From contig JAYKHR010000137.1 of the NCBI GenBank assembly GCA_035285125.1, positions 1 through 40,792 on the forward strand: DNA of 40,792 nucleotides. Direction: 5' to 3'. Position 1 is the stretch's first letter. Each line of letters begins with the position of its first letter. Under the pieces are notes generated by a model that saw only the letters and a list, made by a program, of their open reading frames with translations, made no database searches and was not told the origin of the DNA. The translations under genes and the position numbers were made by a program. Positions 9,057 to 17,996 of this stretch are shown piece by piece. The DNA is from Candidatus Sericytochromatia bacterium. Its GTDB lineage: Bacteria > Cyanobacteriota > Sericytochromatia > S15B-MN24 > JAQBPE01.

Positions 9057-11501
9057 GTGCCCGGCCTGCCCTCCTCCCCGCGTCCCTGCCTGCCCAGCCG
9101 CCCGGGGCGCTGGCTGCTGGCGCTGGTGCTGGCGCTGGCCGCCTGCCAGGGCCAGCCGAGCAGCGCCCCAAGCCCCACCCGGGGGAAGCCAGCGCGCGCC
9201 TCGACGGCCCCGGCAGGGCCCACCGCGGGGCCCGAGCCCCAGGCGACCGCGACGCCCGATGCCCCGCCCCCGACCCCCGCCGGGCCGTCCGTGGCGCCCG
9301 CGACGGCCCCCTCGGCCACGCCGAGCCCCCTGCCCCCCTTGCCGCCGGCCCAGGCCAGCCTGGCCAGGCGGCTCAGCGAGCGCCTGCTCGCCGTCGCCCA
9401 GGTGGGCTTCGCACAGGCCCGCACCAGCCTCACGAGCGACCGGACCCTCCTGAACGCGGGCTCCCGCCGCGTCGGGCTCATCGGCAACAACAGCGGTGGC
9501 CTGATCACCGACCGGAGCGGGGGGCTCATCGGCAACAACAGTGGCGGCCTCATGGGGCACCGCCCGGCGGGCTACCGGCTGCTGCAGTTCCCGGCCACGG
9601 CCGCCGAGGTGCCGCTCACGCCCCTCGCGGGGGAGTCGCTCGTCGCCGACCGCCGATGGCTCGACGGCCGGCGGATGCTCATGTTCAGCCAGGACGGCTT
9701 CAATGCCGCCAAAGGCTGGCGCAAGGTGTTTTTCCAAGGTGGCGAGCTGCCCGTCCGGGAGGAGCGCTACCAGCCGACGGCCTTCTGGCCCAACGCGCGC
9801 TGGAAGGTCATGGAGAGGATCAACACCGACTTCACGCGCGAGGGTGCGATCACGAAGCGGCTGGCCTACCTCGCCGAGCAGACGGACGCGGAGGAGATGC
9901 GCCGGGGCGGCCTCCTGGCCGAGCCGACCAGCCTGGTGCGCGAGCCGAGCACGGGCGTGGCGGTGGCCTTTCGGCGCTTCGACGTCGACAACGCCGCCCG
10001 GGCGGGGGCCTTCGAGTACCTCTACGAGCACCTCGAGGCCACCGAGGCGGGCTCGCTGGTGGACGTGGCGGGGCCTGCCACCGGGGCCATCACGATCAAC
10101 TACGAGGATCCGCTCGGCACGTACAACGGCGAGTCGACCCTGCGGGATCGCACGGGGGCGGTCGTGTACACCAAGCGCCAGCGCACGGAGGGGGCCCGCA
10201 GGCTGCGCACCTACGACCTGCAAGACGGGCTCGTGGCCGAGCTCGAGCAGGCCTCAGCCGGCCAGTGGCGCGGCCAGGCGCTCGAGGGGGGCAAGGCCGT
10301 GGCCGACCTGCAGCTCACGACCCGTCCGAACGGCTCGATGGTGTTCAGGCTCACCTTCCCCGAGGCCCGGGAGGCGCCCCTCGAGCTCGGCTACGGCATC
10401 CTCGACGAGCCGGCCGAGGCGGCGCCGGCCTTCGTCAAGCGGCCGGTGCTGCCCACCGTCGCCACCCTCGCGGGCGCATCCGAGCCCGGCTTCGCCGACG
10501 GCCCGGGCGCGCAGGCTCGGTTCAACGAGCCGTTCAGCCTCGTCCCGTCGCGGCGCGACCCACGGCTGTTCTACCTCGCGGACGCGCAGAACCACCGGAT
10601 CCGCACGCTGCGGCTCGCCCCCGACGGGGAGGTGACGGTCGGCACCCTGGTGGGCACGGGAGAGCCGGGCTTCGTGGCGGGCTCCCTCACCGACACCCGC
10701 CTGCGGTACCCGCTGGGCCTGACGTCGGCCAGCGGGCCCGAGGAGGGCGAGACGCTGTACCTATCGGAGGGCGAGGGCGTCATCCGGCGCATCACCTTGC
10801 GGGCCGACGGCTCCGGGGTGAGCCAGTTCCTGGCGGGGACGGCCAAGTTCGGGGGGACGGACGGCCCGGGCGTGGAGGCGTCGTTCAACCACCCCTTCGG
10901 CCTGGCCCACGACCCCGTGGCGAACCGGCTTTACGTCGTGGAACGCGACGGGCACCGGGTGCGGGCCGTGGACCTCACGCGGCCGGACCACCCCGTCTCC
11001 ACCCTGGCCGGCGGCACCAAGGGCTTCGCGGACGGCCCGGCAGCCTCCGCGCGGTTCGACCAGCCCATGGCGATCGCGCTGGACGCCGAGGGCCTGCTCT
11101 ACGTCGCCGACGCCGACAACAGGCGCCTGCGCCGCCTGGACCCGCGGGCCGCGAGCCCCACCGTCGAGACCGTGGCCGGGACGGGGGACCCGGCGCACGC
11201 GTTCCTGGACGGCCCGGCCCTCACGGGTGGCCTGAACCCGCCGATGACGCTGGCCTTCCTGCCAGGCGGGCAGCTGCTCTTCGGCCGCACCGGGGTCCGG
11301 GCCTACGACCCGGCCGCAGCCACGCTGCAGACGCTCGCCGGCAACCTGGAGGCGGGCACCGACGATGGCGACGTCGAGCAGGCGCGCTTCAAGGACATGC
11401 ACAGCCTGGCCGCGGGCCCCGGGGGCCTCGTGCTGGTGCTCGACGACAACCGCGTGCGCGTCGTGCGCCCGGCGCCGGCCGAGCAGGCGGGAGGCCCCTG
11501 A
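9057..11501 (+). CDS. lipoprotein with GLIGNNxG repeats and NHL beta-propeller (paralog A2)
   Basis: Colinear with A1 over the full length (shared blocks AVAQVGFAQART, VREPSTGVAV, GAFEYLYEHL, SRRDPRLFYL). Lipobox LAAC. GTG 9057 lies 9 nt after GGGTAC; the ORF track start is 8994. Confidence 0.88.
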   Translation: MPGLPSSPRPCLPSRPGRWLLALVLALAACQGQPSSAPSPTRGKPARASTAPAGPTAGPEPQATATPDAPPPTPAGPSVAPATAPSATPSPLPPLPPAQASLARRLSERLLAVAQVGFAQARTSLTSDRTLLNAGSRRVGLIGNNSGGLITDRSGGLIGNNSGGLMGHRPAGYRLLQFPATAAEVPLTPLAGESLVADRRWLDGRRMLMFSQDGFNAAKGWRKVFFQGGELPVREERYQPTAFWPNARWKVMERINTDFTREGAITKRLAYLAEQTDAEEMRRGGLLAEPTSLVREPSTGVAVAFRRFDVDNAARAGAFEYLYEHLEATEAGSLVDVAGPATGAITINYEDPLGTYNGESTLRDRTGAVVYTKRQRTEGARRLRTYDLQDGLVAELEQASAGQWRGQALEGGKAVADLQLTTRPNGSMVFRLTFPEAREAPLELGYGILDEPAEAAPAFVKRPVLPTVATLAGASEPGFADGPGAQARFNEPFSLVPSRRDPRLFYLADAQNHRIRTLRLAPDGEVTVGTLVGTGEPGFVAGSLTDTRLRYPLGLTSASGPEEGETLYLSEGEGVIRRITLRADGSGVSQFLAGTAKFGGTDGPGVEASFNHPFGLAHDPVANRLYVVERDGHRVRAVDLTRPDHPVSTLAGGTKGFADGPAASARFDQPMAIALDAEGLLYVADADNRRLRRLDPRAASPTVETVAGTGDPAHAFLDGPALTGGLNPPMTLAFLPGGQLLFGRTGVRAYDPAAATLQTLAGNLEAGTDDGDVEQARFKDMHSLAAGPGGLVLVLDDNRVRVVRPAPAEQAGGP
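9474..9569 (+). repeat. 24-bp coding tandem repeat: 3 full units plus 1 degenerate unit
   Basis: GLIGNNSG GLITDRSG GLIGNNSG GLMGHRPA. Confidence 0.85.
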
Positions 11502-11563
11502 CGGGTGAAGCCCCAGGGGGCCCCAGCGGCCCCCATCCTGTCCAGCTGACGGGCCGGGCCTCC

Positions 11564-11569
11564 GGGTAC
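11564..11569 (+). promoter_or_regulatory. GGGTAC alternative-sigma -10, 8 nt before ATG 11578
   Basis: Recurrent upstream motif; no RBS. Confidence 0.55.
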
Positions 11570-11577
11570 AAGCGAGT

Positions 11578-12411
11578 ATGCCCAGGCCGCCCCTCCCCCC
11601 GCTGCCCCCGGCTGCCGACCGCGACGCCGTCCTGGCCGCGCGGCTCACGGCCCTCGCGCTGCTGCTCGATGCCCTCGAGGCCCACCTGGCCGGCCCCGGG
11701 CCCGCACCGCCCCCCGCGGAGGACCTCGCCTGGCGCCACCTGGCCAAGGCCGTCGCCACCGGCCGCGGCGCCGTCCTGCTGCTGCGCGCGGGGGCCTGGG
11801 CTGACGCGGCCATCCTGACGCGCGCCGTGATCGAGCAGCTCTTCGCGTACGGGTGGGTGGTGCATGACCCCGCCCTCGCTGCCGCCCGGGCCGAGATGGC
11901 CACCCTCAAGCAGGCCTGGGCCAACGCGCAGTACCTCGAGGCGCTCGCCGCCACGGCTCCCCCGGCCGACGCCAGCAGGCTCGCGGCCGCCGCCGGGCCC
12001 TACCGGGAGGCGGCCGACCGGCTGCTCGGCGAGCTGTCCGCCCGGCTGGACCTCTCCCCCGCCCAGGTGCGCCGGGCGGCCACCACGCGCGTGAGCGAGA
12101 AGGCTGTGGCCGTGCAGGTGGATCCGCGCTTCAGCATCCCGTTCGCCCACTACTCGGGCTTCGTGCACTCGGACGGGACGGCGCTGGCCTGGTACGGCCC
12201 GCCGGTGGGCGAGGCCGGGCGCTACGGGCTCGGCCCCCGCCCCGCTCGCGTGCCCGTCGCCGCGGACCTGCACCACGCGCTGCTCGCCGTCGTCGGCGCC
12301 GTGCGCGAGGCCTGCCCGGCGCTGGGGGAGGCCGCGCTCCAGGCGGAGCTTGCGGCCCACGTCGCCTGGCTCGGACAGGCCGACGCCCTGGATCCGCCCT
12401 GGGCGACGTGA
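11578..12411 (+). CDS. DUF5677-like (HEPN-related) helical protein
   Basis: AAILTRAVIEQLFAYGWVVHDP and FAHYSGFVHSDG resemble the R..xE and S..vH motifs of DUF5677/HEPN-like proteins. Confidence 0.6.
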   Translation: MPRPPLPPLPPAADRDAVLAARLTALALLLDALEAHLAGPGPAPPPAEDLAWRHLAKAVATGRGAVLLLRAGAWADAAILTRAVIEQLFAYGWVVHDPALAAARAEMATLKQAWANAQYLEALAATAPPADASRLAAAAGPYREAADRLLGELSARLDLSPAQVRRAATTRVSEKAVAVQVDPRFSIPFAHYSGFVHSDGTALAWYGPPVGEAGRYGLGPRPARVPVAADLHHALLAVVGAVREACPALGEAALQAELAAHVAWLGQADALDPPWAT

Positions 12412-12446
12412 GCGCGGGGTGGCGCTGAGCGTGCCCCCGGCGGCCC

Positions 12447-13427
12447 TCAAGGCACGGCGGAGAAGGTGCGCGTGGGGCGCACGCCCAGGAACTCCTTGAG
12501 CATGTAAGCCGGCACGCCGTTGTGGCCGGGCTGCGGGTAGGCCGGCATCGCATCGACGCGCAGCCCGTGGCGGCCGAGCTGCGCGTGGGCCCGGGCGGCG
12601 TTGTGCGCCGTGACGACGGTGGCGACGGCGATGCCGGGCTGACGACGCAGCGCTGCGAGGGTGCCGGTGGCCCAGGTGCCGTAGGTGCTGTCGGCGAGCA
12701 GCAGCCGGTCGAGGCGCGGGGCATCGGCGCGGGACAGCGCGTTCTCGACGGCCTTGCCCCCCCCGCTGTGGGCCATGAGCCAGCGCTCCGCGGGCTCGCC
12801 GAGCGGCAGTCCCGTCAGGGCGCGGAACCGGTCGAGGGCCTCGGGCACGAGCGCGCCCAGGCTCTCGGCACCCGTGAACCAGGCGTGCATGGCCGTCGGG
12901 CTCTTGGGCAGCACGAGCAGCACGTTGCGGCCGGCCTCGTTCAGGCCCCGCAGCGTCTGCGTGAGGAACTGACCCTCGAGCGACTTCGCGTTGTCGCCCT
13001 CGATGCCGCGGGCGTAGACCAGCACGTGGTAGGGGCGCATGGGGTCGAAGCCGGGGGTGGCGAGCACGGCGACCTCGCGCTGGCCGTTGGCGGGGCTGAC
13101 GTACGCGGCCGACACGCCCCCCGCACGCGTGAGCGCCGCCAGCGTCTGGCTCGCGATGCGCCCGTCGAAGCCGTGGCCCGCGGGCAGCCCGGCGTTGCTC
13201 GCGACGGGGTGACCGGGTGCTGCCGCCACCTGGCCGTGGCCCGGCGGCGGCAGCGCGATCGCGGCCGCCACGGGCTGCGCGGCCTCGGAGCGCGCCGGCG
13301 ACGCGAACAGGTCGAGCGCCCAGGCCGGCCCCCCCGCGGGAGGCGCAGGCAGCGCCGGGCGCCAGCCGGGAGGCTGCAGGGGCTGCAGGAAGCGGGGCAG
13401 GGGCGTGAGGGTCATCGTGGGTTTCAT
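12447..13427 (-). CDS. alpha/beta hydrolase fold protein with Pro/Ala-rich N-terminal extension
   Basis: Nucleophile elbow WLMAHSGGG, LLLADSTYG and C-terminal His (GHNGVP). ATG 13427 has a G-rich RBS; the upstream part of the track ORF is the antisense shadow of the M48 gene. Confidence 0.75.
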   Translation of the reverse strand: MKPTMTLTPLPRFLQPLQPPGWRPALPAPPAGGPAWALDLFASPARSEAAQPVAAAIALPPPGHGQVAAAPGHPVASNAGLPAGHGFDGRIASQTLAALTRAGGVSAAYVSPANGQREVAVLATPGFDPMRPYHVLVYARGIEGDNAKSLEGQFLTQTLRGLNEAGRNVLLVLPKSPTAMHAWFTGAESLGALVPEALDRFRALTGLPLGEPAERWLMAHSGGGKAVENALSRADAPRLDRLLLADSTYGTWATGTLAALRRQPGIAVATVVTAHNAARAHAQLGRHGLRVDAMPAYPQPGHNGVPAYMLKEFLGVRPTRTFSAVP

Positions 13428-13467
13428 ATGGGCCCCCCTGCGATCAACCATGCGGATCCCGCAACGA

Positions 13468-13508
13468 ATTAACCACTGCTTAACCGCAGGCTTGCCCGCG
13501 CGTAACTT
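13468..13508. promoter_or_regulatory. direct-repeat box with 11-bp period (TTAA-N7-TTAAC), OmpR/PhoB-family-like site
   Basis: ATTAACCA-ctg-CTTAACCG at 13468/13479 and CGTAACTT in phase at 13501, in the divergent intergenic region. Confidence 0.5.
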
Positions 13509-13601
13509 TGCTGGAACCGGGGCGCTGGACAAGGTCCCCGTGAGCCGCAGCCGGCGGTCCGGCAGGCGGCACGTGCGTGAGAGAGCAGAAGGAGCCCCCC
13601 T

Positions 13602-14741
13602 ATGACCATCCAGAGCCGCACCGCGAAGATCGCCCGCCTCGCCTTCCACAAGCAGCAGGCCAGCGCCGAGAAGGCGCTGATGCGCCACACCGCCGGCGCC
13701 CGCGCCGAACTTGGCCTGATCAAGGCGGCCTTCGGCGTGGACGGGCTCGCCCCCTCCGTGGCGGGGTCGGTGAAGACGCTGGCCCGGCTGGAGCAGGCCT
13801 CTGCCGTCCGCGAGAAGGCGATCGCCAAGGTCTCGTCCCAGCTGACGCCCGCCGAGCGCGCCCTGGCTGACACCCTGTCCAAGCGGCCCGGCAAGACCTC
13901 GTGGATGAAGGCCCTCCTCGGCATGAAGACCGAGCTGGCCGCGCCCCCCACGACGGAGACCCGCTCGGCCGTCGCCAAGCTGCTGCGGGACGACCTCGCC
14001 AAGGGCCGGACGGCCGCCTTCGACCCGAAGGAGGAGACGGCCAAGGCCCTGAAGACGATGCAGGGCTACACCCTGCTCACGAAGGTGTGGGCAACGCTGG
14101 AGAACGCCCCGGAGCTGCTCGCCAACTACCAGGCGACGCGCAAGTTCAAGTACGCGGACGTGGTGTGGGTCTCGAAGCAGACGGGCATCGAGGTCGACCG
14201 GGTGAAGGCCATCATGGAGAGGCTCGCAAAGGTCGCCCCCGAGCGCCCCTACCCGCTCGAGACCACGGTGTTCCAGCGCAAGGTGCCCAACGCCTTCTCG
14301 GCGGGCGGTGGCCAGTTCGGCATCCACGACGAGATCCTCCGCCTCGCGAAGACCGACGACGAGCTCGCCTACCTGATGGGCCACGAGCTGGCCCACGACG
14401 TCCACCGCGACGTGGGGGCGCACCGGTTGATCCAGGAGCGCATGGGCGCCTGGCAGAAGCAGGCCAAGGCCGAGGGCGTGCCCAAGGCAACCCGCGAGAA
14501 GATCAAGGCCCTGTTCGATGAGCAGCAGACCGCCATCCGCCGCACGATGGAGTCCCAGGCGGACGCGGACGGCCTGCGCTACGCCGCCCGGGCGGGCTAA
14601 GACCCCAACGTCGGCTCTGAGTTCCTGAAGAAGATCGATCCCAAGCCGGCGGCCGACAAGGTGTACCTGCAGGGTGGCTACCCCCCGACCCGCAAGCGGA
14701 TCCAGGCGATGAAGGATCTCATCGAGCAGGGGCGGCTGTAA
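13602..14741 (+). pseudogene. M48-family zinc metallopeptidase interrupted by an in-frame TAA at 14598-14600
   Basis: PNAFSAGGG, DELAYLMGHELAH (HExxH), ESQADADG, then AARAG*DPNVGSEFLKKI...YPPTRKRIQAM to a TAA at 14739-14741. M48 proteins typically read AGYDP at this position. AGGAG RBS. Confidence 0.8.
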
Positions 14742-14760
14742 GCCCCTCCCCACCCAGCCC

Positions 14761-14784
14761 GGGCCCCCTCCAAGGAGGGGGCCC
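14761..14784 (+). terminator. GC-rich hairpin after the M48 gene
   Basis: GGGCCCCCTC-CAAG-GAGGGGGCCC, a 10-bp perfect stem 20 nt after the second TAA; no U-tract. Confidence 0.55.
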
Positions 14785-14930
14785 GCAGCGCTTCAGGGCC
14801 CTGCCACGGGCCAGGTCAGCCCCCAACCTTAATCAAACCATCATGTTCCCCGGGCCTGGCGGAAGGTCCGCGGAAGGACGGGGCCGGACATCCATCGTGT
14901 CAGCCCCCCGAGCCCTGAAGGAGCCCCCCG

Positions 14931-15893
14931 ATGACCCGCACCACCCGCCCCGTCGCCCTCGCCCTCGTGGCTGCCGCCCTGCTCGCTGGCTGCCAGGCCG
15001 CCCCCACGACGAGCCGCCTCCCGCTGCAGGCCGCCCCCAAGGCCGCCGCCCGGGTGGCGGCCCCAAGCGTCCGCGTCGTCGCCGCCCCGGCCACGCAGCC
15101 CGACGCCCCGGCCCCCGACCCCATCGCGGCCGACCTCACCGCGCTGCTGGTGCAGGAGCGCGACGCCGACGACCTCGACATGCTCGCCGACGAGGCCCCC
15201 CGGTCGTACGCGGTGATGGCCGCCGGGGCGCCCGGGGCCGACTCGCCGCTGGCCCGCCTCAAGCAGCGCCTCGGCGCCCTCCGCGAGGACCTCGCAGCCA
15301 AGCTGGGGGCCCGCCGCAAGGCCCGCCGCGAGCTGGCAAAGCCGCGGCTGGAGAAGCTGCGGGCCGTCCGGGCCGACCTGAAGGAGGCGGCAGCCAAGGC
15401 CCCCTGGACCGACCACGGCGACGGCACGCGGACCCAGGTCATCACCGTGCCCGTCCCGGCGCCCCAGCAGGGCACGCGCACCGTGACGCGCACCCTGCGC
15501 GGCACCACGCTCGTCGAGCTCGTGGCGACGCTCGACCAGGCGGGCCCCCTCGGCGCCACGGCCAAGCTGCAGCGCACCAAGACGCTGCAGGCCGACGGCA
15601 GCTACCTCGTCGTCATGCACGGCGAGGCCACCGGCCCCAAGGACGGGGAGCGGCTCGTCGACCTCACCAAGACGATCTCGGCCGACGGCGCCGTGACGGG
15701 CACCGGCACGCTCACCGTGAAGCGCGGCGGGGTCGTGGTGAAGACGATCCAGCTGCACGTCGGCGGCGCGGAGGGCGCCGAGGTGGTCAAGGCCCACGAC
15801 GGCGGCGCCACGACCACCGTGACGCTGCCGGCCGACGGCGCGCCCGAGGCCGAACTCGCGGCCGCCGACGGCGCCACGCCCGCCACAATCTGA
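14931..15893 (+). CDS. hypothetical lipoprotein
   Basis: AAGGAG RBS; signal peptide and lipobox LAGC; Pro/Ala linker, a helical Lys/Arg-rich segment, then a beta-rich C-terminus. Confidence 0.8.
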   Translation: MTRTTRPVALALVAAALLAGCQAAPTTSRLPLQAAPKAAARVAAPSVRVVAAPATQPDAPAPDPIAADLTALLVQERDADDLDMLADEAPRSYAVMAAGAPGADSPLARLKQRLGALREDLAAKLGARRKARRELAKPRLEKLRAVRADLKEAAAKAPWTDHGDGTRTQVITVPVPAPQQGTRTVTRTLRGTTLVELVATLDQAGPLGATAKLQRTKTLQADGSYLVVMHGEATGPKDGERLVDLTKTISADGAVTGTGTLTVKRGGVVVKTIQLHVGGAEGAEVVKAHDGGATTTVTLPADGAPEAELAAADGATPATI

Positions 15894-15905
15894 TCGCGCC
15901 GACCA

Positions 15906-15939
15906 GCCAGCGCCGCGGGCAGCAGCCCGCGGCGCTGGC
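15906..15939 (+). terminator. 15-bp perfect hairpin
   Basis: GCCAGCGCCGCGGGC-AGCA-GCCCGCGGCGCTGGC, 12 nt after the stop of the 14931 gene; weak U-tail. Confidence 0.6.
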
Positions 15940-16019
15940 CGTTGCCAGGCTGGCCCTTTCCTCCACGGCGCCACCGGGGACCCCCCCGGTGTTCCCCCAG
16001 AGCCCGAAAGGAGCCGGCC

Positions 16020-17051
16020 ATGGCCCAGATCCGCACGTACCCCCTCGTCCGTCACCTGCGCGCCGACGCCAGCAGCCACGTGCTGTGCTGGAAGGCCGGC
16101 CGCCTCGCGGCCTCCGGGCGCGGCCTCGCCCTCTGGTTCCTGCCCCTGACCACCTCGATCGCCGAGGTGCCGCTCGACCAGCGCGAGCAGAGCTTCCTGT
16201 TCCACGCCCGCTCCACCGACTTCCAGGACGTCACGACGCAGGGCACGCTGACCTACCGCATCGTCGACCCGGAGGCCGTGGCAGGCAGCATCGACTTCAC
16301 GCTCGACCTCGCCACCGGCAGCTGGGTGCGCGACCCCGTCGAGAGCCTGGCCACGGTGCTGACCAACATGGCGCAGCGCGAGGCCTGGGCCTACGTGGCG
16401 GCCACGCCCGTGCGCGCGATCCTCGCCGAGGGCCCGACGGAGCTTCGGCGCCGCATCGAGGCGGCGCTCTCGCAGGACGCCACGTTGGCGGCGATGGGCG
16501 TGGCCGTCACCTCGGTCGCCATCCAGTTCGTGCGCCCCGAGCCCGAGACGGAGCGGGCGCTGGAGGCCCCCGTGCGCGAGCGCATCCAGCAGGAGGCCGA
16601 CGAGGCGGCCTTCGCCCGGCGCGCCCTGGCCGTCGAGAAGGAGCGCGCCATCCAGGAGAACGAGCTGCAGAACCGCATCGAGCTCGCGCGCCGCAACGAG
16701 CAGCTGATCGCGCAGGAGGGGGCCAACGAGCGCCGGCTGGCCACGGAGAAGGCCGAGTCCAAGCGCATCGGGGCCGAGGGCGAGGCGCAGCGCACGCGCG
16801 TGCTGGGCGAGGCGGAGGCCGAGCGGCTGCGCGCCGTCGAGGGGGCGCGCGTGGGGCTGGAGCGCGAGAAGGTGGGGGTCTACCAGGACCTCTCGCCCCA
16901 GATCCTGCTCGCGCTGGCGGCCCAGCAGCTCGCAGGCAAGCTGGAGCACATCGCCATCGAGCACCTGACGATCGCCCCCGACGCGCTGGGCCCGATGCTC
17001 CAGAGCCTGCTCGGGGCCGGCACGAAGCGGCTGCGGGGGCCCGAGGCATGA
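16020..17051 (+). CDS. SPFH/band 7 domain protein (NrtX-like)
   Basis: FHARSTDFQDVTTQGTLTYRIVDP, coiled-coil EAAFARRALAVEKERAIQENELQNRIELARR; AAGGAG RBS. Confidence 0.88.
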   Translation: MAQIRTYPLVRHLRADASSHVLCWKAGRLAASGRGLALWFLPLTTSIAEVPLDQREQSFLFHARSTDFQDVTTQGTLTYRIVDPEAVAGSIDFTLDLATGSWVRDPVESLATVLTNMAQREAWAYVAATPVRAILAEGPTELRRRIEAALSQDATLAAMGVAVTSVAIQFVRPEPETERALEAPVRERIQQEADEAAFARRALAVEKERAIQENELQNRIELARRNEQLIAQEGANERRLATEKAESKRIGAEGEAQRTRVLGEAEAERLRAVEGARVGLEREKVGVYQDLSPQILLALAAQQLAGKLEHIAIEHLTIAPDALGPMLQSLLGAGTKRLRGPEA

Positions 17052-17941
17052 AGCCGCCGCGGATCGTCGTCATCACGCGCCCCACCGACTACGAGGGGCT
17101 GCTCGCGCGCCACGGGACGCGCGAGCAGGCCCGCTTCTTCCTGGCCTCGCGCGGGCGCGACCTCGCAGAGGTGGAGGGCCGCCACCGCCGCGTGCAGGCA
17201 GCCCTCACGGCCGTGGCGGGCGCCATCCCCTCGGCCTGGCGGCGCACGCGCCTGGCCCGCCCGGACCTCGCCCGCTTCGTGTTCGAGCCGGAGGACCTCG
17301 TGGTGGCCGTCGGGCAGGACGGCCTGATCGCAAACGTGGCCAAGTACCTGCAGGGCCAGCCCGTCGTCGGCGTGAACCCGGACCCGGACTGGATCCCGGG
17401 CGTGCTGGCCCGCCACCGCCCAGAGGCCGTCGGCGACATGCTCGCCACCGTGGCCGCCGGCCGGGGCGTCGTGGAGGCCCGCACGATGGTCGAGGCCGTG
17501 CTCGACGACGGGCAGCGCCTGCTCGCCCTCAACGAGATCTTCCTCGGCCACGTCTCCCACCAGTCGGCGCGCTACACCCTGCGCTGGGGCGCGCGCCACG
17601 AGCGGCAGTCGTCCTCGGGCCTGATCGTGGCCACGGGCACGGGCGCCACGGGCTGGGCGCTCTCGATCCACCGCCAGCACGCCAGCCCGGCCCCGCTGCC
17701 GGCCCCCTCGGAGGCGGCGCTGGCCTTCTTCGTGCGCGAGCCGTGGCCCTCCGCCGGCACGGGCACCTCGCTCGGGACGGGCGCCCTCCCGGCCGGCGAG
17801 GCGCTGGAGGCCGTCTCCGAGATGAACGAGGGCGGCACGCTGTTCGGAGACGGGCTGGAGGCCGACCGCATCCCACTGGGCTGGGGCGTCGGCGTGCGGC
17901 TCGGCGTGGCAAAGGAGCGGCTGCGGCTGGTGGTGGGGTGA
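17048..17941 (+). CDS. NAD kinase-like protein (PpnK-type domain, NrtY-like)
   Basis: VAVGQDGL (GGDG-like), GVNPDP, LALNEIF, SSSGLIVATGTGATGW; ATGA overlap with the SPFH gene. Confidence 0.85.
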   Translation: MKPPRIVVITRPTDYEGLLARHGTREQARFFLASRGRDLAEVEGRHRRVQAALTAVAGAIPSAWRRTRLARPDLARFVFEPEDLVVAVGQDGLIANVAKYLQGQPVVGVNPDPDWIPGVLARHRPEAVGDMLATVAAGRGVVEARTMVEAVLDDGQRLLALNEIFLGHVSHQSARYTLRWGARHERQSSSGLIVATGTGATGWALSIHRQHASPAPLPAPSEAALAFFVREPWPSAGTGTSLGTGALPAGEALEAVSEMNEGGTLFGDGLEADRIPLGWGVGVRLGVAKERLRLVVG

Positions 17942-17996
17942 AGGCCCGGCGCCGGGTATGGTGCCAGGGCCTCCCTCGCTGACAGGGTCCAGCCCC

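Noticed and set aside
14598..14741. Genome-wide TAA-to-Tyr recoding
   Set aside because: Single instance only. The same gene ends at a TAA followed by a hairpin and non-coding-like sequence, and no other gene has internal TAA codons.
12447..14753. 768-aa minus-strand ORF as a single gene
   Set aside because: The region above 13427 crosses a regulatory intergenic segment and is antisense to the M48 gene; hydrolase motifs are confined to 12447-13427.
14843..17941. 1032-aa ORF suggesting a giant fusion ending in the NAD-kinase domain
   Set aside because: Only the part from ATG 17048 is protein-like; the rest overlaps two real genes in another frame.
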